The notes: a model not told the origin generated them from the sequence alone. A DNA stretch of 63,931 nucleotides, filler included, from Atractiella rhizophila (GCA_021432655.1; 8 parts of 8 records of this genome joined end to end with filler, not necessarily neighbours in it); one strand, 5' to 3'. Shown: positions 27,798 through 40,217, counted from the first letter of the whole stretch. A program made the numbers and translations.

Positions 27798-28065
27798 TGA
27801 TAAAAATTACGAGCGCGGTCGAGGGCTGCAAGGTGCGAGACAAGGTAAAGCATAAAGCTTGTGTTAACATTGAGTCTATATGAAGGTAGAGAAATACATT
27901 ACCTGCAAGGTGCGAGACAAGGTAAAGCATAAAGCTTGTGGTCTCGCACTTGCAGGAGATCTTGTTTTATAGCAGAAGATGAATAATAAGGAAAGAGACT
28001 AAGGAGAACCAACAGCGCGCCAGCATGCGAAAGGAGGGTGTGTAAATGGTACCGTGGCCCCATCA
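27798..28065 (-). repeat. 3' LTR of copia element
   Basis: Near-identical to 32186-32453; TATAAAA at 27971-27965; preceded on the sense strand by PPT GCGAGGGGGAG (28068-28078). Confidence 0.96.
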
Positions 28066-28081
28066 AACTCCCCCTCGCATC

Positions 28082-31000
28082 CTACTTTCCATCCATTCCA
28101 ATTTCCTCCATTGCATTATCCATCTTCATCCTTGAAACACCCTTCGTAAGCATATCCGCCGGCAGATCTTTCGTATCCATGTAGAGGAGTCTGATCTTTT
28201 CATTGAGGACGCATTCGCGGGTGTAGTGGAAAGGTATGTCGATGTGCTTCGTTCGTTGTCGAAAGACAGGGTTGTTGGCAAGCTGATGGGAGCCTAGGTT
28301 GTCGCCAAAGATCGTTATTGGAGAGTCGAGCGGGAAACCAAGGTCGTCAAGAAGGTTGCGGAGCCACGTCGCCTCGCGAGCTGCGACAGATAGAGCGACG
28401 TACTCGGCTTCTGTGCTCGAAAGAGTAACAACTGATTGCTTCTTGCTCTTCCAAACGACGGCGCCGCCAGCGTTCGTGAACAGCGTCCCTGAGATGGATT
28501 TGAGGTCGTACGAGGCGGCGAAGTCTGAGTCGGAATAACCTGTGAGTCCTTCTCCATCGCTTCGATATGTGATTTTGAAGTGTGAGGTGCCTTGTAGATA
28601 TCTGAAGATTCGTTTGACCGCTTTCCAGTGAAGCGATGAGGGGTTTTCGGCGAATTGAGCGACTTGTGTGAGGGCAAAGGCGAGGTCTGGTCTTGTCGCG
28701 ATCGTCAGGTACAACAGTGACCCAATGGCCTCTCGGTAACGGCCAATCCACGATTCGGGAATCCCACCTTCCTCCTCATCTTCCTCCGTCGCCGGCTCCA
28801 ACTTCCCTCCAATCTCGAACGGCGTTGCAACTGCCTTGCAGTTCTGCATTCCGAATTTCTCCAACAACCGTTCGACGAAGGCTTCTTGATCGATGGAGAT
28901 TCCATTGTCGGATTGGGTGATCCGGATTCCTAGAAAGTGCGTAGCTCTCCCTTCGTCCTTCAACTTGTAGTGTTTCTCAAGTTCTTTCTTGACGGGTTCA
29001 GCATCTTCGTCACTTTCGGCCATAATCGCGAAGTCGTCGACGTAGACTCCGACCAGTACGTGTTTTCCTGTCTTCTCGTCTTTCTTCGTGTAGATTGTTG
29101 ATTCTGACTTGCTTTGCTTAAAGCCCATACTCTTCAGCTTTTGATCCGCATCCCCGTTCCAGACTCGACCGCTCTGATGGAGGCCGTACACGCCCTTCGT
29201 CACTTTGATGACCCAATCAGGATGCTCGGGGTCTTCCCAGCCAGGAGGTGGACGAATATAGACAGGTTTGTCGAGTCTCCCGTAGAGATACGCTGCTGAA
29301 ACGTCGACCATGTGGACTGGCCACCGGTTCTTCCCTCCAATGGACAGGATCAAGCGAAACGACGGCATGGAGAGGACCGGAGAAAACGTTTCGTCATAGT
29401 CGACCCCTTCGCGTTGCGTGAAGCCTTGGGCGACGACTCTCGCACGAAATCGGACGGTTTCTCCCCCTGGGCCCAGCTTCTCCCTCAACACCCATTTTGA
29501 ACCGATTATGTTCTCCCCCTCAGGCAACGGCACCATTTCTCCGACTTCCCTCTCTCTCCACGAGCTCTTCTCCTCGTCAAATGCGTCCCGCCATTTGGAG
29601 GCGTCAGGACCGTTGACTGCTTCTTCGTACGATGGAGTGAGATTACGAGAGGGGCTAGCGATGATAATGCGAGCGACGGCATCGGAAAGAGGTGAGTCTC
29701 CGAAGTACTTTGCTCTGTTTTCTTTCTGAGCTTCTGCAGGAGAACGACGAGCTCGCTGAGAGCGTTCGCGGGGCGGAGGTGGGTCAGGTTTCACCTTCGA
29801 CGGCGCCTCAGTGGGTCTCTCCCCCTCTTTCTGTTCCTCTCCCTTTTCTACCATGTCTGATGTCTCTTCGGGAGCAGGGGGATCCAGCACTTCGTTAGTT
29901 TGGACTTCGAGAGATTGAAGGAGGGTCGGAGGGTGAGTTTCGTCGAATTGGACATGGAGATGTTTGGTAACTGACCCGTCTTTGGGGTTGTAGATCCGAT
30001 AAGTCTTGCTCTCCCAATCATAACCGACCAGTCTCCCTTCCCACGAACGCGCATCCAGCTTCTGCCTGTTTGGCTCAGGAGGAACTAGGCTGTAAGTTCG
30101 ACATCCCAGCACTCGCAAGTGCTCCACTGACGGCTTCTTTCCAGTCCAAACCTCGAAAGGCGTCTTGCCTTTGAGCGCGACGGTTGGGCGGCGATTTAGG
30201 AGGTGAATTGCGGCGACAGCGAGTTCTCCCCACAGCTTCTTGGGGAGATCGGAAGTGTAGAGGGTAGAACGGATGAGGGAAGCGATGGAGAGGTTGAGAC
30301 GCTCCGCGACGCCGTTCTGTTGCGGAGTGTAGGAGGCAGTGTGCTCGTGCTTGATGCCATGAGACTTCAGGTACGTCTTGAACTCGTTGCTGGTGTACTC
30401 TCCTCCGTTGTCTGACCTTATCCCTTTGATTTTCAGGCCAGTCTCAAGCTCAACCCTCGCTTTGAACTCCTTGAAGGTGGAGAAGACGTCGGACTTTCGT
30501 TTGAGAAGGTAAATCCACTTTCTCCGAGTCGCATCGTCTGTGAAACTGACCCAGTATTCAGCTCCACCGATCGACTTCACGGGCGCAGGACCCCACACGT
30601 CGGTGTGAACGAGTTCGAGTTTCTCGTTGGCGCGTTTCGAAGGTCCAGAGGGCAGAGGTAGCTTGGATTGACGGCCAAGGAGACATCCAGCGCATGGTGC
30701 GTGATGATCATCCTCTCCCACTTCCATACCTCTAACCATTTCTTTCTTCTGCAGCTCCTTAAGTCCATCCATACCCAGGTGACCGAGCCGGCAGTGCCAA
30801 ACGTGAGCGGAGGGCGTTTTCGCGGCAGTGGTGAGTTTCACTTTCGCTTCACTCGCTTCCAGGAACAGCACTGACGCATCGAGTTTGCGCAGGCCGCCTT
30901 CCGCACTGATCTCCGCCACGACAGTCCCGTCACGTTTCACGATCCGGCCTCGTCTGTCTGCGGAGAACAGGACGTCGAAACCGCGAGTATTGAGTTTGTC

Positions 31001-32126
31001 TGTGGAGAGGAGTGCGCAATCAATTTCGGGGTTGAAAAGAACATCGGTGAGTTCGATTTTTCTTTCCACTCCATTTACTTTTGTCAAGACTTTGACTGTT
31101 CCGATGCCAGTGGCTTTCGTGATGACTCCGTGGGACGAGCGGATGCGACGAGCGTGCGGAGAAAGCGACGAGAACCAGGAACGGAATGGGACGATGTGGT
31201 CTGTTGCCGCAGAATCGACGTAGATCCCCTCGCGGTGAGTTCCATCTCCAGCGACCGTGTGGAAAGCCTCTGAAATCTTTGCTTCCCCAGGTTTCTCTCC
31301 TTCCTCCCGCTTTTTCTTTCGGCAATCCCTCTCCCCAATGACCTTCGATACCACAAAAGTGGCATTTGCCCTTTTTCTTCTCGCTTTTTCAACCTCCCTC
31401 CACTGCTACTTCCACCACCCGACTTGGTAAAGTTCCTTCCTACTCCCCCAGACCTCGTAACTAACGTTTCGCTAGGTTTTGAGTCTGGATTCCTTCGATC
31501 GGCTTCGAGCAGGAGACGGGAAGCGACGTAGGAGGACGTAAAATCGGAGGAGGAGACGGCGTTGAACGAGGAGACGACTTCGATCCAGGATGGCGGCAGC
31601 GATATCAGGAGAAGCATCGCGACGTCCTCGTCATCGGTCTTGTCACCCATCGCCTTCAACTCTTGCCCCATCGTGCGGACTCGATTGACGTGATCTCGCA
31701 TCGATTCGCCTTCGACGTAACGCGCAGTGTAGAGTTTCTGGCGGAGAAGAACCCGGGCTTGACGGTCTTGAGTTTGGTAGAGCTCCTTCAGCCTATCCCA
31801 AACCTCCTTTGGCTTCTCGACGTCGATATCCCGGATATCGGTGAGTACGTGGTCTTTGCAGGTTTCGATAATGATCGAATAGGCTAGGTTCGCCCGTCTT
31901 GTCCAGTCCTTCTGCGCGACGTCTCGACCTTCGCGACTTCCTCCAGCTTCCCAGCCTCTCCACCAACGGCAACGGGTTTGACATCCGTCCCAGCAACGAT
32001 CCCCCAGCAATTCTTGCCGAGCAGCTTCGCCTGGACACGGAAGTACCAGATGTGGTAGTTCTCCCGTCCCTCGAGTTTCGGGATAGTCGAAGAAGTAAGT
32101 ACGGTGGTGTCATGACTTTCAGACAT
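28082..32126 (-). CDS. Copia gag-pol polyprotein (three apparent frameshifts in gag)
   Basis: Gag PKLEGRENYHIW, CHFCGIEGHW-ERDC zinc knuckle, protease VDSAATDH, integrase WHCRLGH/HTDVWGP/RSDNGGEY/QQNGVAER, RT YVDD, RNase H YSDSDFA/TEAEY/ADMLTK. Confidence 0.95.
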
Positions 32127-32171
32127 TTGAGGCTGACGAGGTGGCAGGGGATTCGGCTAGATGAGAACGAG

Positions 32172-32183
32172 CTCTCGCTACCA
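32172..32183 (-). promoter_or_regulatory. Primer-binding site TGGTAGCGAGAG (probably initiator tRNA-Met)
   Basis: Two nt inside the 5' LTR boundary; starts TGG (complement of CCA); implies a tRNA with an A1:U72 pair. Confidence 0.75.
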
Positions 32184-32185
32184 AT

Positions 32186-32453
32186 TGATAAAAATTACGA
32201 GCGCGGTCGAGGGCTGCAAGGTGCGAGACAAGGTAAAGCATAAAGCTTGTGTTAACATTGAGTCTATATGAAGGTAGAGAAATACATTACCTGCAAGGTG
32301 CGAGACAAGGTAAAGCATAAAGCTTGTGGTCTCGCACTTGCAGGAGATCTTGTTTTATAGCAGAAGATGAATAATAAGGAAAGAGACTAAGGAGAACCAA
32401 CAGCGCGCCAGCATGCGAAAGGAGGGTGCGTAAATGGTACCGTGGCCCCATCA
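32186..32453 (-). repeat. 5' LTR of copia element
   Basis: Matches 27798-28065 except GGTGCGT vs GGTGTGT. Confidence 0.96.
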
Positions 32454-33081
32454 GTATTTTCGCTTTATTATCCTTCCATTGCAATTGCATGCCCTGTACA
32501 CAACATGGCGTGTACACTATTTAGTGGCCGATCGTGGCCCTCTGAAGCGGTTTCTCAACTCAAGAGATTTCAGAGTCCAACATTCCCCGGTTACTTATCG
32601 AGTCCATGAAACAGAATGACGCCTGCCCTGACGAGCCAGAACTCAAACGTTTGACGTTACAGTTGAAGGCGCAACGAGTTTCCGAGCAGAGAGCGGTGTA
32701 CTTTCTTTTGTGTTCAGGAAGTGACCAGCTCCTTTTCTCCTCTCCGCCCTGTTAACTCTTATCCTCTCTGTTCACAGTGTTCCATCTCGTCTGTGTCGTC
32801 ACGTACCAATCCGCAACATGGGGCCAATCCACCTTGCTTCTGAGAACTGAATAGCAGGTCTTCGTTGGCACGCGCTCTATAGGGCCCACGGACGGAGACC
32901 TTCACCGTGAGACTGCCAGTTGACATCTCCGCCGCCTCCAGGTCATCCTCTGCACCGACGAGCATACAGCCGATTCGCTGACCGCTGTCGGAGCTGAGGG
33001 CTAGTTTCTACATAATATAAGGATGGTCCTGTCGACTCAGTTTGCTTTCGCAATCGAATTTTGTTCATCTGCCTGTCGAAC

Positions 33082-35734
33082 ATGCTGCTTCGAAACATCT
33101 TCTTGAAGTTTTTAACAGCTTCTAGTCTCTTCTCTTTATCATTTTCGCTGTCTATACCAGAGCAAAACCAGCATGAAAAAGGACCTTTGGTAGAGAGACA
33201 AACTGGAGCCAGGGCAGTTTTTGCTCATTTTATGGCACGTAACTTTCATTATTCCAAACTTCATCTGCTTGATGTGACGGGACAATCAGGTTGGGATTGT
33301 TGCCGCATATGACCAATCAGTGTGTGATTTAGCTTAAAGAAAACAGAGTACTCAGAGTCATGGCAGCACTGGGAAGCAGATTGTCGAGCTGCAAAAGCGA
33401 TTGGTATAGATGCGTACGTATTTTGAGTTGAGATTGAAATGTGGCTCTAGTGGCTAATGATCACAAATAGCTTCGCTTTGAACATTGGTTTGTACCCCTG
33501 TACCTAAGACAGGGAACTGCTCAACACTCTATGCACTCAGGCAAAGATGACTACAATGGTGAGCTCCGTCTTATTTGTCAACATCAGACACTCATTCGTC
33601 ACCCCTCACTAGACAAACAACTGGGATTCGCATATGCTGCCGGAGAAGTAACAGGCTTCAAAATGTTTATCAGCTTCGACTTCGTCTACTGGAACTCGGG
33701 CGGTATCTTTTTATTAAGCCATCTCGACGGACGAACTGACGTCGGTGCAGATTCTGCAACAATTGCTTCTTATCTGAGAACTTACGGGAACAAAGCAGCT
33801 GCCTACAAATACAACAACGCTGTATTTGTTAGCACCTTTATTGGCGATAATGTAGCACTTCCTTCGTCTGATGTCACAAGCAACACTCAAGGAGAAAGCA
33901 GGCTGTGGATTGGAACTCGATTGGTTCCCAAGCCGGACTAACCCTCTATGCTTGTCCGAACTGGCAACCTGGCTCTTTGTGAGATCCATAACTACTTGTT
34001 GTGGAACTTACTCACACTCATGGCAGAGGCAACGTCCAGTGTGGTTTTAGGTTCGTCCTCCCTTCCATTTTGACTATTAATTTGGCCCTGAAAAGATTGT
34101 ATAATCTAGTTGGGACGCAGTAAGTGATTATTTGCCACGGTACCTCAAACTGAATTTGTTCGTAGTGGCCAAGCTCCAACAACCAGCCTATTAACTCGAA
34201 CAAGACCACTGCTACTGATGTTGCGTACAAGAACACCGGCAAGCCATATATGGTACGTCCGACCTTTCCTCTGTTGCTACAGAGATTGTTTGCAACTGCT
34301 GGATCTCTAGATGCCTGTATCACCCTGGTTTTACACCCATTATGGCGCAGGTTCGTCTCATAATTTTCATTGTCGAGTGGTCAGCGTTGAAAAGACATAG
34401 ACACATACAACAAGAATTGGATCTTCTACTCCGATTGGCTGTGGAACACGAGATGGGACCAAGTTCTCTCTGTTGGGCCGCAATTTGTCGAGGTGAGTGG
34501 ATAGATGGTTACGTGTGGATCATTTACTGAACATTCCAAAAGATTATTACTTGGAACGACTTTGGGGAATCCCATTACATCGTTTGTTTTTTCTCGGTTT
34601 CATTTCGACGTTTCTCAGTGCGTTATCAGGGACCACTCCATCCAGACCTTCCCCAGGTTTATGCGCCAAACGGTCAAGACAATGGAGCAAAGAAATGGGT
34701 TCGTTTGCTCACTCAATGCCAAATTTGAGCTTTACGCGCCATATTTAGGTTACCGAGTGTGCTTTTCTTTGTTACTTATGTGGGATCCTACTCAAGCCTT
34801 CGTGAAGTATGCCGCACGATGGATGGCAGGACGTCGCCAAACCGTACATTACGGCTTTCAAGAGTGAATGCCGCTGTCGTTACTTTCTCTTACTTTGCTG
34901 AGCCCGTTTCTAGACGGAGCATCCGCCCCCACAGTATCTGTAAGTAATCCCTTTCTTCTTATTGTCCTTATTCTCTAATCATGTTATTCTCTCAGACAGA
35001 AGAAATAGTCTACTATTATAGAACGTCGCCTAAGAGTGCTGCATGCAACGACGCTGTTGGTAGACCCACTGGAGCTGATTTTGATGCTGACGAAGTTTTT
35101 GCTACTGTCCTGGTACGTGTTCTGCCTTCGAATCATACCAGTGAGCCACAGCTTAGTTATTGATAGGTCACTGCTACCTCCAACATCGTCATCACATCCG
35201 GTTCGAACACAGTCACTAGAACCGTCAGCGCTGGAATTCACACGGTTTCTGGTCCAATGGGAGTTGGCACACAATCTTGTAAGCCTTGCACCGGAAGTAT
35301 TCACCACTATACCTAACGTATGGCTTAGTCCAGGTTCAGCGCAATGGGGTCAACGTGCTCAGTGGAACATCGCCGAAACAGATTACTTCCACTTGCCAGA
35401 ACAGCGCTCAGGTATGTCGTTGGGCTTTTCTCTCAGCAAATATTGATGTTAAAATAGCCTTATAATGCCTATGTGTTAGCATTGCGTTTATTACCTCGCT
35501 TTCTAACTGACGCTCTTTCAGCGGGACCATTAAAAGCAATGGCGGTACAACTCCACCTACAGGAGGCACGGCTACCATTATATTCAATGTCGTAGCTACG
35601 ACGGTTTTTGGAGGTCCGTTCAAATCATTGATTGTATTAGTAACTGATTACCTGTTGGTAGAAAATATATTTCTCACTGGCTCGATTGCTGAACTGTCGT
35701 CGTGGGATCCATGGACCGCAGTTGGGCCACTAAC
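33082..35734 (+). CDS. Secreted GH71 alpha-1,3-glucanase (mutanase) with C-terminal CBM20, truncated by spacer; very intron-rich
   Basis: Signal peptide, AVFAHFM-VG, AKAIGIDA-FALNIG, FKMFISFDF, FVSTFIG, PYM-MPVSPWFYTHY, KNWIFYSDWL, ITWNDFGESHYI, YYYRTSPKS; Gly/Thr/Pro linker, then IIFNVVATTVFG-ENIFLTGSIAELSSWDP. Confidence 0.92.
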
Positions 35735-35834
35735 NNNNNNNNNNNNNNNNNNNNNNNNNNNNNNNNNNNNNNNNNNNNTTAATTAATTAANNNNNNNNNN
35801 NNNNNNNNNNNNNNNNNNNNNNNNNNNNNNNNNN

Positions 35835-36611
35835 AGGATGCGAGGAATGATGGCTGTTCAATGCAAAGATCAACTGCCAACCCCCGTGGATCCGACAACG
35901 GCTCTAACTATCACCCCTTACGTCCAAGGAATGAACGTCATCTCCGCTCCCTTCCTCTATGTGATGCCCTCTGAAGTTGAGGCTTTCAACTGCTTTCGTG
36001 CCTTTGTAGAACGCGAGTGTCCACGGTTCGTTTCCACCATCCGCACCATCTTGCAGCTCTAACTACACTGCAGATACGTTTGCGAGGGTTTAGAAGGCGT
36101 GCACGAGGGTTTGAAACTGCTAGACAAATGTCTAGCCATCCTCGATCCTCCTCTCTTTCAGCATCTGCGGAGCAAAAGTCTAAGCGCCGAATTGTACGCC
36201 TTCCCATCCGTCCTGACGTTCTCAGCCTGCACACCGCCGCTAGAGGAGGTATTACACCTCTGGGACTTTCTCCTCGCCTTCGGACCGCACCTCAACATCC
36301 TCATCGTCATCGCCCAAATGTATCTCATGCGCGATGACCTTCTCAACCACTCCTCTCCCATGCGATTGCTCCGCATCTTCCCTCCTCTCCCAAGCACGAG
36401 ACAACTCATTCCTCTCTGTTGTCACTTCGTGGAGGAACTGCCGGAGGAGCTCTATGAGAGATTGGCGAGACATTGTTGGGAGGCGACGGAGAAGGAAGAG
36501 GGAACGGGAAGGGCGAGGAGGAGTAATGCTGGAAGCGATAGAGGGAGCGTGAAGAGTGCGGGTACGGCGACTAGTGCTGCTAAGAGGAGGGTGCCTTCGA
36601 GGGCCCGCTGA
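35835..36611 (+). CDS. BUB2: Bub2/Cdc16 TBC-domain GAP (mitotic exit/septation checkpoint), 3' part
   Basis: YVQGMNVISAPFLYVMPSEVEAF, GVHEGLKLLDKCL, LSAELYAFPSVLT, LWDFLLAFGPHLNIL, SPMRLLR. Confidence 0.93.
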
Positions 36612-37040
36612 GTGCGTAGGTTCGCTTTTTTTCGAGTTGTTCGTCCGCTTGTTGTTATTGGGTCTTTTGGTGCTCGTCGAGGTTGACATGGTGCGTTGTT
36701 GTATGATTGTTTGTCGACGCAAAGAAAGAAAGATGTTTCTGTAGCAATTCTCTTCTGTCATCATTAGATTGTTTGCTTGTCATCCATGCTTCATGCGTTG
36801 TATGGCATGCTATGCTCTATGATTGCTCAAGAGAGTTGCTCAACAGCTTCTTTGTTTCACGAATTTTCCTGCTCTCACCCAATTCCGAGGAAGGATTGCC
36901 CGTAGAAGTTCGGATTTCTTATGTTAATATGCTTATTATGCTATGCTCTTATGCAATTTATTCGTATCTATGCTCTTTCAGCCAGCAACGAGACCGAGAC
37001 CTAGATTTCATGCAAGTGGCGGCAGTCCTTGCCTTGGTTT

Positions 37041-37180
37041 GTTCTGGAAAGTGACGTCATCTTCTTTGTGAGTCATGGTCATGTTCTCGCAAATTCCAGC
37101 AGCTTCCCTTGCTTCGCAAGCAAATTCTGGATTCCTCGGTCAGCTTCGAGACTCGTAAGCACCACTATGAGGTATATAAA
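37041..37180 (+). promoter_or_regulatory. Candidate stress promoter: HSE-like TTCnnGAA, CRE TGACGTCA and TATA box
   Basis: TTCTGGAA 37042-37049, TGACGTCA 37052-37059, further TTC units to ~37135, TATATAAA 37173-37180, upstream of a BAG co-chaperone ATG at 37268. Confidence 0.45.
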
Positions 37181-37267
37181 GTGGCCCAAGCCGCCATCCT
37201 ACCCCTCATTCAAACAACTCAGCAATCAATCAGACAACCAGGTCAGGCAACAATCAATCTCATAGCC

Positions 37268-39058
37268 ATGTTTCGATTCCCGTCGACATATTTCTCGCAA
37301 CCTGAGCCTTCGCCACTAGATTTTGGATACTCTCGCCCTTCGAGCAGACAGTATTCTTATCAGGACTTCGACTCTTTCCGAAGATCACAAGAAATTGAGC
37401 GATTGATACGCGAACAGCAAGTGCGTTAACAACGCGAACAAGAGGAATTGAGGCGTCAGCGAGAGTTGGAGGCGGAGGAGGAGATGAAGCGCCTATGGAT
37501 ATCAGAGATGAGGCGTAGGGAACAGGAAGAGGCGAAGAGGAAGTGGATTGCGGAGATGCAACGACGAGAAATAGAGGCGGCGAGGGAGGCAAGGAGGCGA
37601 TATATTGAGCAAGAAGAAAGGCGAAAGCGGGCAAGATTTGAGGATGAGGCTTTGAGGTTATTGGCTCAAGAGAAAAGAAGAGTCGAGGGGGAGGAAGAAG
37701 CCGAAGCTCGCAGAAACGAGAGGGAAGAAGGTGTCGAGGGAATCTTCAGGCTTCTCGGTTTCGGTCCTTCTTTTGACGCTCCAACACCAGCGACACCACG
37801 ACAATCGAAGCCTGCTCCACCATCAAAGAAGACGAAGCCCCAACCGGCAGCGGTTTTTGTCGAAAAGCACGCAGAGAAGGCACCTGCACAAGCGTCCGAA
37901 GTGCCTTCCCCACCACACTCTCCAATCCCAGACCTCATACCGACTGCGACTTCTGTACGCTTGGCCAAGATTGCGAGCAAGTTGACAACTCTGGCGTCTA
38001 CTGTTTTGCCTTCTTCCGTCAACACTGCACCTTACTTCCCCTATCCTTGGATTCCACCAATCCAACATCGCTTATCTGACACAGAAGGAACAGCTGGAGA
38101 AGCTCTTGCTGGAGTTGGACGGCATCGATAGCGAAGGGAAGGAGGAAGTAAGGAAGGAGAGGAAGAGGTTGGTGCTAGAGCGGAAGAAGCATACAGGAGT
38201 TGGAAGGGAAAGTCAAGGCAGAATGGGAACACAGGAACAGGCTAATAATGATGGTATGTCTACTTCGATTCCAGAAACACGGTTTACTGATGTGGTTGCT
38301 CAGAACAAGTTCCCGCTCCTGTCGATGTTGAAGCCCCAGTGACTGAGGAGAAGATGCAAGTGGACTCTCTTCTGTCGAAGCTGAAGGCAACCAAAGTGAC
38401 TGAGGAGAAGATGCAAGTGGACTCTCTTCCTGTCGAAGCTGAAGTCACAGCAACTGAGGAGAAAGTCGAAGTCGATTCGAAAGCAGTGGAGAAGGAGTTA
38501 GAGGATAATGTCGCTATTGCTCCAACTTTAGAAGGTAAGCTATAGCGTTTATTTAAGCGTTGCATATACTGATATGTACGAACAGAAGTCCAGACAGAAT
38601 CGACGCAGAATAAGACGGTTGTGGTGCCTATCGAATTCGTTGAAGAGACTTCCTCTGTTCTCGATGCCAGTTCAAAGGCGAATGAAGAAGTCGAGTCTAC
38701 AGCTCTGCCCACATCCTCGAATGCGGAGGTGGAAGGATACGAGATCCCAGTTACATCAAATTCCATCCCTGCAGACGTGGCCGTCGAACAATGCGCAGAC
38801 GTCGAGATGACCAATGCCGACTCGAAGGAAAATGAAGAACAGCGAGATTTAGACGACTATGCCGATTCATCTGTCTCACACGGTGACGATATTGCGACGG
38901 ACGACAGGATGAGTGCTGGTGTCGTGATCGAGCCTGAATCGGTCGGAAGCGAATCACAAGAGCGGGAGAAGGAAGACGATGATGAGGTGCTGAGTGATTT
39001 GAGTAGTGAGGACGAAGCGAGCGGAAAGGAAGATGGAGAATACTACGTTGTCGCTTGA
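37268..39058 (+). CDS. BAG-domain Hsp70 co-chaperone with coiled coil and acidic tail (several apparent frameshifts)
   Basis: SNIAYLTQKEQLEKLLLELDGIDSEGKEEVRKERKRLV BAG signature (~38050-38180); E/R-rich coiled coil; ~57-bp internal repeats at 38339-38460. Confidence 0.82.
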
Positions 39059-40217
39059 TTTTTGTTTGTAACTTATCACCTGTACTTTGTTCGCTTGGAG
39101 TTGTAATGCAGTCATCGTAATCACAAATACGAAATAGAGTGAAAGACAAGCAAAGCAAGAAATGGGATGGAGCAACGCTAAACGTTTTGTGAGAACGAGT
39201 AATATCAAGTAGGGGAATGTTCATTCTTTTCAGCACCTAAGTCCTTAGAGCGGGAGCATGCATTTGGTGTCATGGTTTTCATGGCTTTTTCCAGCCTGAG
39301 CTACATGTCACCATGTCTTGAATAACGATCCAGGAATCGAAAGGAAGATTTGCGTGCTCATGCGCTTTACAGCAACAACACGCAGTCAATACAGTCGAGA
39401 TCCATCCACGAAGATCTGACAAAATTGATTGAAGAAAGGACGGCACACATTCAGAAATTTAAATTCTAACTTTCACCGTGTAAAACAATACAGGTACAGG
39501 AGCGGGACACAGCTGTTTATAAATACTGATCAGCTGCAGCAGCCTTCATGCGCTCCTTCTCCTTCCTGTCAGCCGCTGGATGCTCGATGTCAGCACAGAC
39601 TGTTAATCTCCAAGAAGTGAACGTGGCTCACGATTATACTTGAGCAGTTTCTCTATCAGGTCCACATGGGTCAGCACCATTCGTCGACAACAGTATCGTT
39701 TGAGTCCAAGCTCATCGAGCGCTTCTCTAAATCATCATTGAGACGTGGAATGTTAGCAAAATTATGAAAAAGCGGAAAGAATTGACGAACCCTTCTGTCT
39801 TGCCGTCTTCGAGGTGTTGCAAGTATCTAGAAGACTTTTTAGCTGGATATCCGAAGAATTTGTTGGAAAGGAATGGCGCACGTATTCCATTTGTCCCCTG
39901 TTACTTTGCCACATGTAAAGCAGCGAACCGGGATGATCTGTGCTTTCCTCAGCATTTTTGTGGAAAGGAAAACAAGGACATTACCATTTTACTGAGAGAG
40001 CTTGGTGGCAAACCTGAAGGAAAAACGAGAACTAGGCAGATATCAGAGCTTAGACTAAGCTTCGAATGGTTGTTACTGGGGCTGACCAATCACAATCGAC
40101 CATTCCACCTCTCCCCTCACAGTTGCAAGAAGGAGCTGATAGTCGTTTGCAGCTCTCAGCAACTGTGCGATAACACTTTCTCGCAATCTAAGTACAAAAT
40201 ATCTCAAAACAGACACC

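Larger units (their letters stand above)
27798..32453 (-). mobile_element. Full-length Ty1/copia LTR retrotransposon
   Basis: 268-bp LTRs (27798-28065, 32186-32453) with TG..CA ends differing by one visible substitution; 5-bp TSD GTATT (27793-27797, 32454-32458); PBS and PPT present; gag-PR-INT-RT-RH order. Confidence 0.98.
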
